Shown piece by piece: positions 46,102 through 55,484 of a stretch of 64,000 nt of DNA. Numbering within the stretch: position 1 is the stretch's first letter; each line of letters opens with the position of its first letter. The notes beneath the pieces are model-generated. The model was not told the origin of the DNA. It saw only the letters and a list, made by a program, of their open reading frames with translations, and did no database searches. A program made the position numbers and the translations under genes. Source of the DNA: Flavobacteriales bacterium (lineage in GTDB: Bacteria; Bacteroidota; Bacteroidia; Flavobacteriales_F; PHOS-HE28). Location: positions 44,519-108,518 of the forward strand of contig JAHDVX010000012.1 of the NCBI GenBank assembly GCA_023382455.1, given 5' to 3'.

Positions 46102-47247
46102 GTGAAGTGGGCTCTGCGTATCCTGGTATTGCTCGCCGTGGTCGTGGGCGGGTCAGCGCTGGCATGGCACTGGGCCGGTCCTGGCCGCCAGCAATGGGTG
46201 AAGGACCAGGTGAAGATCCTGTTGAACCGTAAGCCGCAACGGGTGGGCGGGGCCGTGCCGGCGGCGGCCGTGCCGCTGGTGGAGGGCCTGGGCGTGAGCA
46301 CCGGCGATGAACCGCCGTTCTCCGTGGCATCGGGCCCTTGGTCCATGGTGCAGTACACGGAAGGTGACAAGGCCATCCGCCCTGATCTCCATTACACCTT
46401 CGAGCCCACGCCGGGTGCGGACAGCAGCCGGCTTTCCTCCGCTTGGGCGCATGGCGGCACCCATGCGTTCCGCATGGCCCCGGGGGATGAATATTCGCCG
46501 GCGATCCGGAGGCGGGCGGCGGATGTGGCCATCAAACTTTCCGCCGTGGACGTGGGCTTCTGGATGTGGACCCCGGCCCCGGCCACCCTGCTCACCGCCG
46601 TGGTGACCATTGACCGCAAGGGCAAGCAAATAGCTTGGTACGGCAAGGATCTGCCCGCGGACACGGCGGCAAGGACCGGTGTGCGGTTGAACGCCAGCTT
46701 CCTGATGGGCGACCTGGCCGTGGAGCCCGACGACATCCTTTCCGTCTACCTCTGGAAAAAAGGCGGCGGGGAAGCCTTCATCGACGATATGGACCTGTTC
46801 TTCCACAGCGCCGAGGTGCCCGGCCGGAAACTCGGGAAACCTCTGGCACTGGACAGCTTGGAAGCGGGCGGCCCCGTTCCCTTGACCTACGCCAAGCCCA
46901 CGGTCTCGGATATCCCGGTGGACACGGCGTGCTTCCGGGCCGGCCTGCCCGCATTGCCCACCACCCGCGAGGCCGTCCCCTTCGGCCGGTCCTCGCACGC
47001 GTGGCGCTTCGTTCCCGAGGAAGGCCTGGTCTGGTTGCAGGACACCGGGGGGAAGCCTTTGGGGTTGATTCGGCCCTGGTCGCCTGGCTCACGCAAGGAC
47101 ATCACCCACTTTGACCGCGTGGTGGCCAAAACAACCCCCGACGGGATCGTGGTGACCGGCTTCGACGTGGACCGCACCCACGGTGGTGAGCGTATCGCTG
47201 CTTCACCACGGCCTATCTCGCTCAGCATCACATGGCCCTCCGAATGA
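46102..47247 (+). CDS. Membrane-anchored protein with predicted jelly-roll/CBM-like domain
   Basis: N-terminal TM; AHGGTHAF...EYSP...SVYLW...FIDDM pattern; ATGA overlap with the next gene. Confidence 0.7.
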   Translation: MKWALRILVLLAVVVGGSALAWHWAGPGRQQWVKDQVKILLNRKPQRVGGAVPAAAVPLVEGLGVSTGDEPPFSVASGPWSMVQYTEGDKAIRPDLHYTFEPTPGADSSRLSSAWAHGGTHAFRMAPGDEYSPAIRRRAADVAIKLSAVDVGFWMWTPAPATLLTAVVTIDRKGKQIAWYGKDLPADTAARTGVRLNASFLMGDLAVEPDDILSVYLWKKGGGEAFIDDMDLFFHSAEVPGRKLGKPLALDSLEAGGPVPLTYAKPTVSDIPVDTACFRAGLPALPTTREAVPFGRSSHAWRFVPEEGLVWLQDTGGKPLGLIRPWSPGSRKDITHFDRVVAKTTPDGIVVTGFDVDRTHGGERIAASPRPISLSITWPSE

Positions 47248-49118
47248 GAATGATCGCTTGGCTGCTGCCACTTCTGCTGGCCGCATGCGGCACCGGCACC
47301 GGCACCAACGCCATGGTGGAGGAATTCCATGTGCTGGACAATTGGGACGGCCGGAATGCGGAGGGCGTGAAATACATTGAACTCGACCACACGGAGGCCA
47401 TCGACAGCGGCTTCGTTGTTCCCTCCGTGCGCCAGGTGGATGGCGGGCGGTTCACGTTCACCTTCCGCGTGTCGGACCCCACGGGCAAGGGCCGGGCCTT
47501 CCGCTACAAGCTGTATTACCGCAACGAATCCTACAAGATGGAGGAAACGCGGCCGGACGGCAGCCAGCATCCCTTGGCGGAGGAGAACTTCTACGGCAGC
47601 TGGGAAAGCGCGGCCGAAGGCTTTCGCACCACACCGCGCACGGATGGCCTGGAGCCGTTGCGCGTCACCGATTCCTTCCGCATCCATGGGGACCCGCGCG
47701 ATGAGGACCGCTTCATGGTGGACGGTGTACGCAAGCGCTGGGCGCGGAACCCGCGTGTGGGCGAATACTCCTTCCTGCTGGTGGTGATGCCGGAGAATGC
47801 CTTCGAGGCGGCGCGGCTGCCGGAGAGCGTGGTGCGGATCGGTACCCGGGAGAACGGGCACTTCGTGGAGCCCTACTGGTATTTCCTCCACGGCCCGGGA
47901 TCGCGCCTGGGCGAGGTGTCCGTGCTCCTGGCCGCGGACTGTTTGAGGGTGGCCGCCATTCCGCCGCTGGGCGCGGGCATCTGGGTGGACGGATCCGATG
48001 CTCTCTCCACCGCGGCATACAGCGGTTCCTGCGGCAACAGTGAGGAGCTTCGCAAGGGTGCGGCCTTCTCCCAGTTCATCCACTACGTGGACGCCTCCAC
48101 GCGCTTCTCCAACATCCCCTTGATCGCCGATGTGCTCGGCAACGAGTACACGCCTGAGGACCATGATTACAACCGCGCCTTCTTCCCCGAGGGCCACATG
48201 GTCTCGCTTACGCCCATGACCACCAAGGCACCTTGCGAAACCGTCAGGTCCAACCCCGACAACAACACTATCGAGATCCACAACCCGGCCTCGCGGCCCG
48301 GTGACCTGCGCAAGGAGAACGTGGGCGTGCGGTCACGGCACGGCCTGATGTACGGCAAGTACTCCGTGAAGTGCAAGCTCACGCCCTTGCTGAACGATTC
48401 GGACATGTGGAACGGGCTCACCAACGCCATCTGGCTGATCTACCAAGGGGCGCCGGGGAACTATCGCCGCATCTGCGAAAAGGACGGCTACATGTCTGAC
48501 TACTACGGCGGTGACGCCGTGGAGCGCGTACCGCAAGTGGCCTATGCGGAGATCGACTTCGAGATCCTGAAGACCCCGCTCTACTGCCCTGACGCCACTT
48601 TCCCGCCGTTGCGGCCCCAACAGGTGGCGGTACCGGGGCAGCGAGCCAACTGGCAGCGCCCTTCGGATGGTGGCATCCCCAAGGGCATGATCACCGTGGC
48701 TTGCACCAACTGGGACATGGCCTGCCATTCACCGGTGGATTTCGCGGCGGGATGCAGGCCCATCGAACATGAGGGGCACACTTACCTGAGCCACCGCTGG
48801 GACGACAACTACCGCGCCATCACCCAGAAGAAGTACGAACCGGATGCCGAGCTGTTCCGTGGCGATCACTATTGGTTCCAGATCGACTGGCGGCCGGACC
48901 AGGTGATCTGGCGCATCGGGCCCGAGCTGGACCAACTGCGCGAGGTGGGCTACATGGACAGCACGGTCACCTCCATCAGCGATGTGCAGATGGAGCTGAT
49001 CGTCACCCAGGAGTTCCATAACACCAAGTGGTGGCCGGGCTCGCCATACGACCAAGGGTGCATTCCCTTTGCGGCAAAGGATTACACCGGCGTGATCCAG
49101 GACGTAGTGATCGAATGA
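47244..49118 (+). CDS. Lipoprotein with GH16-like catalytic motif
   Basis: Lipobox LLAAC; YGKYSV, NAIWL, EIDFE (ExDxE), YWFQIDWRPDQVIW. Confidence 0.7.
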   Translation: MRMIAWLLPLLLAACGTGTGTNAMVEEFHVLDNWDGRNAEGVKYIELDHTEAIDSGFVVPSVRQVDGGRFTFTFRVSDPTGKGRAFRYKLYYRNESYKMEETRPDGSQHPLAEENFYGSWESAAEGFRTTPRTDGLEPLRVTDSFRIHGDPRDEDRFMVDGVRKRWARNPRVGEYSFLLVVMPENAFEAARLPESVVRIGTRENGHFVEPYWYFLHGPGSRLGEVSVLLAADCLRVAAIPPLGAGIWVDGSDALSTAAYSGSCGNSEELRKGAAFSQFIHYVDASTRFSNIPLIADVLGNEYTPEDHDYNRAFFPEGHMVSLTPMTTKAPCETVRSNPDNNTIEIHNPASRPGDLRKENVGVRSRHGLMYGKYSVKCKLTPLLNDSDMWNGLTNAIWLIYQGAPGNYRRICEKDGYMSDYYGGDAVERVPQVAYAEIDFEILKTPLYCPDATFPPLRPQQVAVPGQRANWQRPSDGGIPKGMITVACTNWDMACHSPVDFAAGCRPIEHEGHTYLSHRWDDNYRAITQKKYEPDAELFRGDHYWFQIDWRPDQVIWRIGPELDQLREVGYMDSTVTSISDVQMELIVTQEFHNTKWWPGSPYDQGCIPFAAKDYTGVIQDVVIE

Positions 49119-51424
49119 TGATGAAGCACCGAGGTCTTTGGCTCACCCTTTTCCTGTCCGTGGGCCTTCTCGCCTTTTATTTCGGGGCCGTCCTACGATC
49201 GCCCGGCCGGTACATGTTCAATGCCGAAGGCGATGGCCTGAAGAACTATTTCTCCTTTGCTTGGCATGCGGAGCACGATACCTCCCTTACTACGTTCTCG
49301 GGGATGAACTATCCCTTCGGGGAGCACATCGACTATCCGGATGCGCAACCCTTGCAGAGCAACCTGTGGCGCGCAGTGGCCAAGGTGTGGCCAGGGGCCC
49401 TGCAACACACCGTTGCGGTGGTGAACCTGATGATGCTGTTCAGCATCGTGCTCTGCGCGGTATTCCTGTACCTGATCATGCGGGAGCTGGCCATGCCGGA
49501 CCTGGTGGCGGCCTTGTTCGCGGTCTTGATCTCCTTCCTGGCCCCGCAGGTGCTGCGTGGCACGCAGGCGCACTATGCACTGGCCTACGGATGTGCCATC
49601 CCGAGTGCCATGTGGGTGCTGCTGCGGCAATGGCGGAGCAGCCGCCCGTGGCGCTGGGCGGCCGGCATGGTCCTGTTGATCCTGTTCTGGCTGTTCACCC
49701 ACGTCTATCTGGGCTTCATATCGGCGGTATTGGTGCTGGCCACGGGCGCACTTGTCCTGGTATTCCGGGCCGGCGAGCGCCGCGCCGCGTGGGGCATGGT
49801 GGCCGCACCGCTGGCCGCATTCCTCTTGTTCTTCCTTTGGCAGCAGCTCACGGACACCCATACGGGCCGCACGCAGCATCCCACCGGGTTCTTCACGTAC
49901 CAGATGACCTGGTCCACGCTCTTGGCCCCCGATCCCCTCTTCGCCTCCTCCATTTGGACCAGGTTCATCGGGCTGCCCGTGTTCCGGTTGGCGGAAGGAT
50001 GGAACTTCATCGGCCTGGGAACGGAGCTGGTCGTGGTCGTCGTGCTGATCTTGTTGATGCGCGGCCTCGCGAAGGGCACCGCAGGCGAACTGTTCAATCG
50101 TGTGTTCCCCGCGAAACTGTTGTTGTTGCTGGGCGGCTCCCTGCTGCTCCTGGCCTTTGCATTCGGCCTTCCGTTCGATCCCTGGTGCAAGAAGTGCCTT
50201 TGGTATATCCCGACGCTGGGGCAGTTCCGTGCACCGGCTCGTTTCGGGTGGGCCTTCTATTTCGTCATCACTGTGTGGGCGGCACGCACGGCGTGGGTCC
50301 TGTATGACGGTGCCGCGCAAGGCCGGGCGCGCAAGGCCGCAGCGGTGCTGGTGGCCGTGGTGGCGGCCTTCTTTGTCACGGACATGCATGCCTTGGACAG
50401 CTACGTGGCCCGGCGGATCGTGGAGCAGCCCAACTACTTCGATCCGGAGCAGTTGCCGGCGGACATGCAGCCCATCTACCAGGCCGCCAAGCGGGTGGAT
50501 GCCCGGGCCATGGTCACCTTGCCATACTACCACAATGGCGGCGAGGAATACATGGTGCCTGCGGACGAGGCCGGCCTATTGATCGGCCAGGCCATGGCCC
50601 AGCTGACCGGCATACCCCTGATGAATTCGAGCTTCACGCGCACCGGCGTCGAGGAGGTGCGTGAGCTGATCCAGGCATTCGGACCGGATTGGTATCCCAA
50701 GGCGATGGCCGCCAGGTTCCAAGCCTCCGATACGATCCTGCTCATACTTTCCGGCAGCCTCTTGGGACCATACGACCAGGTCTTGGCCTCCCATGGCAGG
50801 GAGCTTGCCAAGGGCGGGCCGTACACCTTGCTGGCCACCACCGCGGGCGAGCTTTTTGCCGATAGGGCGGGCAGGTATGTGGCGCGCTTTGAAGCAAGCC
50901 GGGATACTCTTCATCAAAGTGGCGAATGGCTGTTCAGCAGGCCGGACACGTTCCTGTTCCGCAAGGATTACGATGATAGGCCCGCGACCCATGTGCGTTC
51001 GGGCTCCGGCGCATTCTCGGGCCTGAAGCATGATTTCAACCTGCTGGCGGAATTGCCGGTGGAGGCCATGGATACCGGGGTGACCTACTTGGCCTCATTC
51101 TGGTACTACAACCGCGGGCCCATGCGCAACCATGCTCTTGCGGGGATCGATGACCACGACCCGGTCCAGGGCACAGGTGCTTGGGACTACTATACCGATC
51201 CGCGTTTCGCGCGCACCATCGTGGGCGATTGGAGCTTGGTGGAATTGCCCTTCCGGAAAGGCGGCCCGGGCCACGAGCTGAAATTGTTCGTCCAAGGCGC
51301 GGATTTCTATCCGGACAGCATTTGGGTGGACGACCTCACCGTGCGGGTGGCCGATGTCGATGTGTACAAGGTGGATACGGTCGGGAACAGGCTCTGGTAT
51401 AACAACCACTGGATTGCTCCATGA
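49115..51424 (+). CDS. Polytopic membrane protein, GT-C-like/YfhO-like, with C-terminal soluble domain
   Basis: GDGLKNY in the first loop, NYPFGE, QFRAPARF, about 12 TM helices. Confidence 0.7.
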   Translation: MMMKHRGLWLTLFLSVGLLAFYFGAVLRSPGRYMFNAEGDGLKNYFSFAWHAEHDTSLTTFSGMNYPFGEHIDYPDAQPLQSNLWRAVAKVWPGALQHTVAVVNLMMLFSIVLCAVFLYLIMRELAMPDLVAALFAVLISFLAPQVLRGTQAHYALAYGCAIPSAMWVLLRQWRSSRPWRWAAGMVLLILFWLFTHVYLGFISAVLVLATGALVLVFRAGERRAAWGMVAAPLAAFLLFFLWQQLTDTHTGRTQHPTGFFTYQMTWSTLLAPDPLFASSIWTRFIGLPVFRLAEGWNFIGLGTELVVVVVLILLMRGLAKGTAGELFNRVFPAKLLLLLGGSLLLLAFAFGLPFDPWCKKCLWYIPTLGQFRAPARFGWAFYFVITVWAARTAWVLYDGAAQGRARKAAAVLVAVVAAFFVTDMHALDSYVARRIVEQPNYFDPEQLPADMQPIYQAAKRVDARAMVTLPYYHNGGEEYMVPADEAGLLIGQAMAQLTGIPLMNSSFTRTGVEEVRELIQAFGPDWYPKAMAARFQASDTILLILSGSLLGPYDQVLASHGRELAKGGPYTLLATTAGELFADRAGRYVARFEASRDTLHQSGEWLFSRPDTFLFRKDYDDRPATHVRSGSGAFSGLKHDFNLLAELPVEAMDTGVTYLASFWYYNRGPMRNHALAGIDDHDPVQGTGAWDYYTDPRFARTIVGDWSLVELPFRKGGPGHELKLFVQGADFYPDSIWVDDLTVRVADVDVYKVDTVGNRLWYNNHWIAP

Positions 51425-52692
51425 ACCTTGGTCGCGATTGGTCGCCTTGGCTGGCGCTTGTGGTTTTCCTCGCGGGCTTTCTTTCTTTTCTGGGGCACAA
51501 CGGCCACATCTTGGATGTCATGCTGGCGCACAACAGTGACCCCCGGGGTTATTACCAGTATCTCCCGGCAATCTTCTTGGACCACGACCTGCGCGGCATG
51601 CCCTACGTGCATGTACTCCCCAACGGGAACCACCTCAGTATGTTCAACATTGGCTTGGCCTACCTGTTGGCCCCGTTCTTTTTGGCGGCGCACGGGCTTT
51701 GCTTGGCCGGGTTGGCACCGGCGGACGGTTACTCGTGGCCCTACGCCGTGGCCGTAGGCTTGGCAGCATCCACCTATGCGGCCTGGGGATGCACGCTGGT
51801 GGCGAGGCCCTTGGGTAAGCGCTTCGGGACGCTGAACGCCTCCTTGGCGGTGCTGTTGCTCTTCGCCTGCACCAACCTGTACTTCTACACGGCCATGGAG
51901 CCCGGCATGAGCCATGTGTACTCCTTCTTCCTGTTCACCGTGCTACAGTGGGCCACCCTGCGCATGCGGGAGGCGCCGAAAGGGAGAACGTTGGTGCTGT
52001 TGGCGGTCACGTGGTCGGTGATCGTGCTGGTGCGGCCCTCGAACGGCATCGCAGGGCTGTTCCCGCTGCTCTATGGCACCACGGGGCCGCGTGGGGTGCG
52101 CGAGCGGCTGGCTTCGTGGGTTGCTGACTGGCGGGCGTTGGCTCTTGCCGTGTTTCTCGGGTTGCTGCCATGGATCCCCCAGCTTCTTTATTGGCGGTCG
52201 ATCACCGGCAGCCCCATCGTCTTTACCTACGGCACCATGGGCCAAGGCTTCCATTGGCTGTACCCGCGCCTGTGGGAAGTGCTGGCGCACCCTTGGAACG
52301 GCTGGTTCCTCTACTCGCCAATTATGCTGCCGGTGATGGCGGCCTTGTTGTGGATGGCCTTCAGGCGGACCGAAGGCGCACGTACCGTGCTGCTCCTCTG
52401 GCTGCTTGCCTGGTACATCATCGCCTCTTGGTGGTGCTGGTGGCTGGGCGGCGCGTTCGGGCACCGCGGCTTTGTGGAATACATGGCCTTCCTGGCCCTG
52501 CCTACCGCGTGGCTGGTCCAGCGTATCGCTTGGCGGAAACAGGCAGCCCGGGCGGCCGCTTGGGTGCTGGCGCTGCTCTTTGCCTGGGCCAACATCGGCC
52601 TCAGTTGGAACTACCTGTCCCCTTGGGACGGGCCGGAGTGGACGATGCAGAGCGTGCAACGGGAATACCTGCGCCTGCTCCCGCACAGGTGA
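51421..52692 (+). CDS. Polytopic membrane protein, GT-C-like glycosyltransferase
   Basis: SDPRGYYQYLPA, MSHVYSFF, VRPSN, GWFLYSP, WWLGGAFGHR. Confidence 0.72.
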   Translation: MNLGRDWSPWLALVVFLAGFLSFLGHNGHILDVMLAHNSDPRGYYQYLPAIFLDHDLRGMPYVHVLPNGNHLSMFNIGLAYLLAPFFLAAHGLCLAGLAPADGYSWPYAVAVGLAASTYAAWGCTLVARPLGKRFGTLNASLAVLLLFACTNLYFYTAMEPGMSHVYSFFLFTVLQWATLRMREAPKGRTLVLLAVTWSVIVLVRPSNGIAGLFPLLYGTTGPRGVRERLASWVADWRALALAVFLGLLPWIPQLLYWRSITGSPIVFTYGTMGQGFHWLYPRLWEVLAHPWNGWFLYSPIMLPVMAALLWMAFRRTEGARTVLLLWLLAWYIIASWWCWWLGGAFGHRGFVEYMAFLALPTAWLVQRIAWRKQAARAAAWVLALLFAWANIGLSWNYLSPWDGPEWTMQSVQREYLRLLPHR

Positions 52693-52754
52693 CGAAAATC
52701 GCCTGCCCCGTTTACCGCAATCCGTATTTCAAGATGCACCAGATGGCCCGCCGC

Positions 52755-55385
52755 TCATCTCTTGAACATGGCCAGATCTGCGGAGGGCACTTGATGGACT
52801 TTGCGCAACAAGACCGCCATATCCGACACGCCCTCCAAGACCCCCGCAGCATATTCCGGGCGTAGATCAAGTGCCATTTGCCCGAATTCATGCGGAAGGG
52901 TATAGGTGAGATCGAACGGACCCTGCCCCATGATCAGGCGCTGACGGTACATCTCGGTTCCTTGGTCCATCACGCGTAGGACCAAGTGCCACGTGCCACC
53001 TTCCTGCAGCAACCGGGCGTCCCCTGTCACACTGACCTCAAATAGCGGGACATCGTTACCTACATCAAACGGTATTGGCCCATCTTGGGCGTAGACTGCC
53101 GGATCCCAGCCACTTAGGGTCATGGTCCGGTTTTGCTGGCCATGGCCCGGTTCAACAGCTTGATCGGATGGGGTCAAGAGATCGGCAGCAAACACGGTAT
53201 CCGTGGTCCATTGCCTGGTCGCATCCTTCCTTTCAAACACCCAGACCGAGAACGGGGATGTATCATTCCAGCCGTCCATCCCTAAAAACATGCGTTGGAG
53301 GGTGAACGCGCCATCATCCAGGATCCTTTGTATCGGAATCGCCGATTCGTTCGGGCCGAAATGGGAATCCCAGACCAGTATGTCATGTTCGGCCAAACCG
53401 GCCCCCGGCCTGGACCAAGGCAATACGGACAGGTTCACGGCGCCGGTGCTATCCCAAGGGTCCTTGCCGGTAACGATCCCGAAGTATGGATATAGGTAGG
53501 CCACCCGTCCTCCGGGCCGCTCCAACCCCCGGACGTACGAGGCCGCGCGGTCCGTTTGCAACTGTTCCGCCACCATGACCGGCGGAAGAGGAACCCGGCC
53601 AAATACATCCTTGATGCCAAGTGGTAGCAACAGAAGCCAACAGCCTGCCGCAAATGCCAAGCGCACGGCTTTGCCAGGTGACTTTTTCAGGCCACTGATG
53701 GACGTGGATGCCACGCCAAGAATGAACAACACGCTAAGCGGTACCGTGGTTGCAAACACACGCAGATATCCGGCCGACCCCGAATGGCCGTTCCACCAGG
53801 CATAGCTGTGCAGGAACCAAATGGCAACCACCGGCAAACCGGTCAACACCAAGGTGTCCAACAGTGCCTTACGTTGCTCCTTGCGATGATGCCAAACGAA
53901 AGGCCATGCGAGGAAGGATGCCGTCAGTAGCATGAGAAGGGGCAGGCCGAGGATGTCGGGTGCCTGTTGCAGGAAATGGGACCAGTCACCATGGCCATAT
54001 TGGGTGTTCCCCAGATAGGGGTCTTCATGCAGGATCCATAGGAAGTCGCCATAGGCCAACCACGTGAAGACGGCATAGATGAAGGGTCCGCAGGCCAATA
54101 ATGGCAACTTTCGCCAATGCCCGTTCCAAGCGGCCCAAAGCGCCACAAACGGGAGAAGCCCGGCCGCCTCCGGCCTGGAGAATGGAAGAAGCGAGGCCAG
54201 AAGCATGCCCGCCGTGACCCTCCCCGATCGGAGAAGGCCGACCACGAGAACCGCCAAGAGCCCGAAAAGGGGCTCGGTCATGCCTGAATAGACCATAAAG
54301 AGGTACTGCGGCGAGATCAGCAGCAATACGGGAACCGCCCAACGTAGTACGGTCGCACTATCCGTGATATGGCGCATGATCACTACCATCGTGAACAAGG
54401 CAACCACGGCATTGAACAGGGCGAGCCCCCAAAAACCAAGTTGTGCGAAAGGCGAGGCCAGCAGCACGAACAAAGGCTTGGCCCAATTGTCCAGGAACAA
54501 GGAAGGGTGCTTCCAAGCGTGCAATGCCTGCAAGTAGTGCAATGCCCCATCGCCGATCTCAGGCTGGGCCGCGGTTGAAGCGCGTATGGCCACAAGTGCG
54601 GCCAAGGAGATCACGGCCGGGACCAAGGCGCCCCACGTTCCCCATCCGGATCGTAATGAACCTTGGCCCATTGCCTGCAATCCGTACTTGAGGATGCACC
54701 AAATGGCCCGGAAACCGTCCTTCCAGCCTATCTTTTTCCCTTCGGCGTATGTGCGGCCGTAGTAACTGATGCCGACCTCATAGATGCGGATGCCCTTGAC
54801 CCGCGCAAGCTTCGCGGTCACCTCGGGCTCAAAGCCGAACCGCTTTTCCTTCAGGTCCAAGCCTTGGGCAATGTCGGTGCGGATCAGCTTGTAGCAGGTC
54901 TCCATGTCGGTCAGGTTCAAGTTGTTGAACGTGTTGGAGAGCTGGGTGAGGAACTTGTTGCCGATGCTGTGCCAGAAGAAGAGGATGCGGTGCGGATGGT
55001 GGCCCATGAAGCGCGAGCCGTAGACCACGTCGGCGAAGCCTTCCACCACGGGGCGCAACAGGTCGTTGTATTCGCGGGGATCGTATTCCAGGTCGGCATC
55101 CTGCACGATCAGGTATTCGCCGGTGGCTTCCTTGATGCCGCGGTGGATGGCCGCGCCCTTGCCCATGTTGTGCGGCTGCTGGATGAAGCGGATGTCCAGG
55201 CCGGGATTGGCGGCCATGTAGCGCTCCACTGCGGCCACGGTCCCGTCCGTACTCCCGTCGTTCACGATGATCACCTCCTTCTGGATGCCATCGCGCAATT
55301 GCACGTCCCGCACCTTGTCCAGGATCAGGTGGATGGTGCGCTCCTCATTGAAGGCGGGGATGATGATGGACAGCTTGGTAAGCAT
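52755..55385 (-). CDS. Fusion: DPM1-like GT2 (polyprenol-phosphate sugar synthase) plus GT-C-like membrane domain plus soluble C-terminal domain
   Basis: IIIPAFNE, NDGSTD, GKGAA, QDADLEYDP, TDMETCYK, RFGFEPE, KKIGWKDG; then GDGALHY, WAKPLF, SGMTEPLF, SRPE. Confidence 0.85.
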   Translation of the reverse strand: MLTKLSIIIPAFNEERTIHLILDKVRDVQLRDGIQKEVIIVNDGSTDGTVAAVERYMAANPGLDIRFIQQPHNMGKGAAIHRGIKEATGEYLIVQDADLEYDPREYNDLLRPVVEGFADVVYGSRFMGHHPHRILFFWHSIGNKFLTQLSNTFNNLNLTDMETCYKLIRTDIAQGLDLKEKRFGFEPEVTAKLARVKGIRIYEVGISYYGRTYAEGKKIGWKDGFRAIWCILKYGLQAMGQGSLRSGWGTWGALVPAVISLAALVAIRASTAAQPEIGDGALHYLQALHAWKHPSLFLDNWAKPLFVLLASPFAQLGFWGLALFNAVVALFTMVVIMRHITDSATVLRWAVPVLLLISPQYLFMVYSGMTEPLFGLLAVLVVGLLRSGRVTAGMLLASLLPFSRPEAAGLLPFVALWAAWNGHWRKLPLLACGPFIYAVFTWLAYGDFLWILHEDPYLGNTQYGHGDWSHFLQQAPDILGLPLLMLLTASFLAWPFVWHHRKEQRKALLDTLVLTGLPVVAIWFLHSYAWWNGHSGSAGYLRVFATTVPLSVLFILGVASTSISGLKKSPGKAVRLAFAAGCWLLLLPLGIKDVFGRVPLPPVMVAEQLQTDRAASYVRGLERPGGRVAYLYPYFGIVTGKDPWDSTGAVNLSVLPWSRPGAGLAEHDILVWDSHFGPNESAIPIQRILDDGAFTLQRMFLGMDGWNDTSPFSVWVFERKDATRQWTTDTVFAADLLTPSDQAVEPGHGQQNRTMTLSGWDPAVYAQDGPIPFDVGNDVPLFEVSVTGDARLLQEGGTWHLVLRVMDQGTEMYRQRLIMGQGPFDLTYTLPHEFGQMALDLRPEYAAGVLEGVSDMAVLLRKVHQVPSADLAMFKR

Positions 55386-55435
55386 GCAATTGCGTTGTTT
55401 CCATCGCTGTACGCACGGCCCGCGATCAACCACGG

Positions 55436-55443
55436 CAAACGTA
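55436..55443 (-). promoter_or_regulatory. -7 promoter element (TACGTTTG)
   Basis: caaacgta on the + strand, about 50 bp upstream of the GT2 ATG. Confidence 0.45.
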
Positions 55444-55484
55444 AAGCGCCGATCTCATAATAATGGATGGAAGATGATGCCTCT

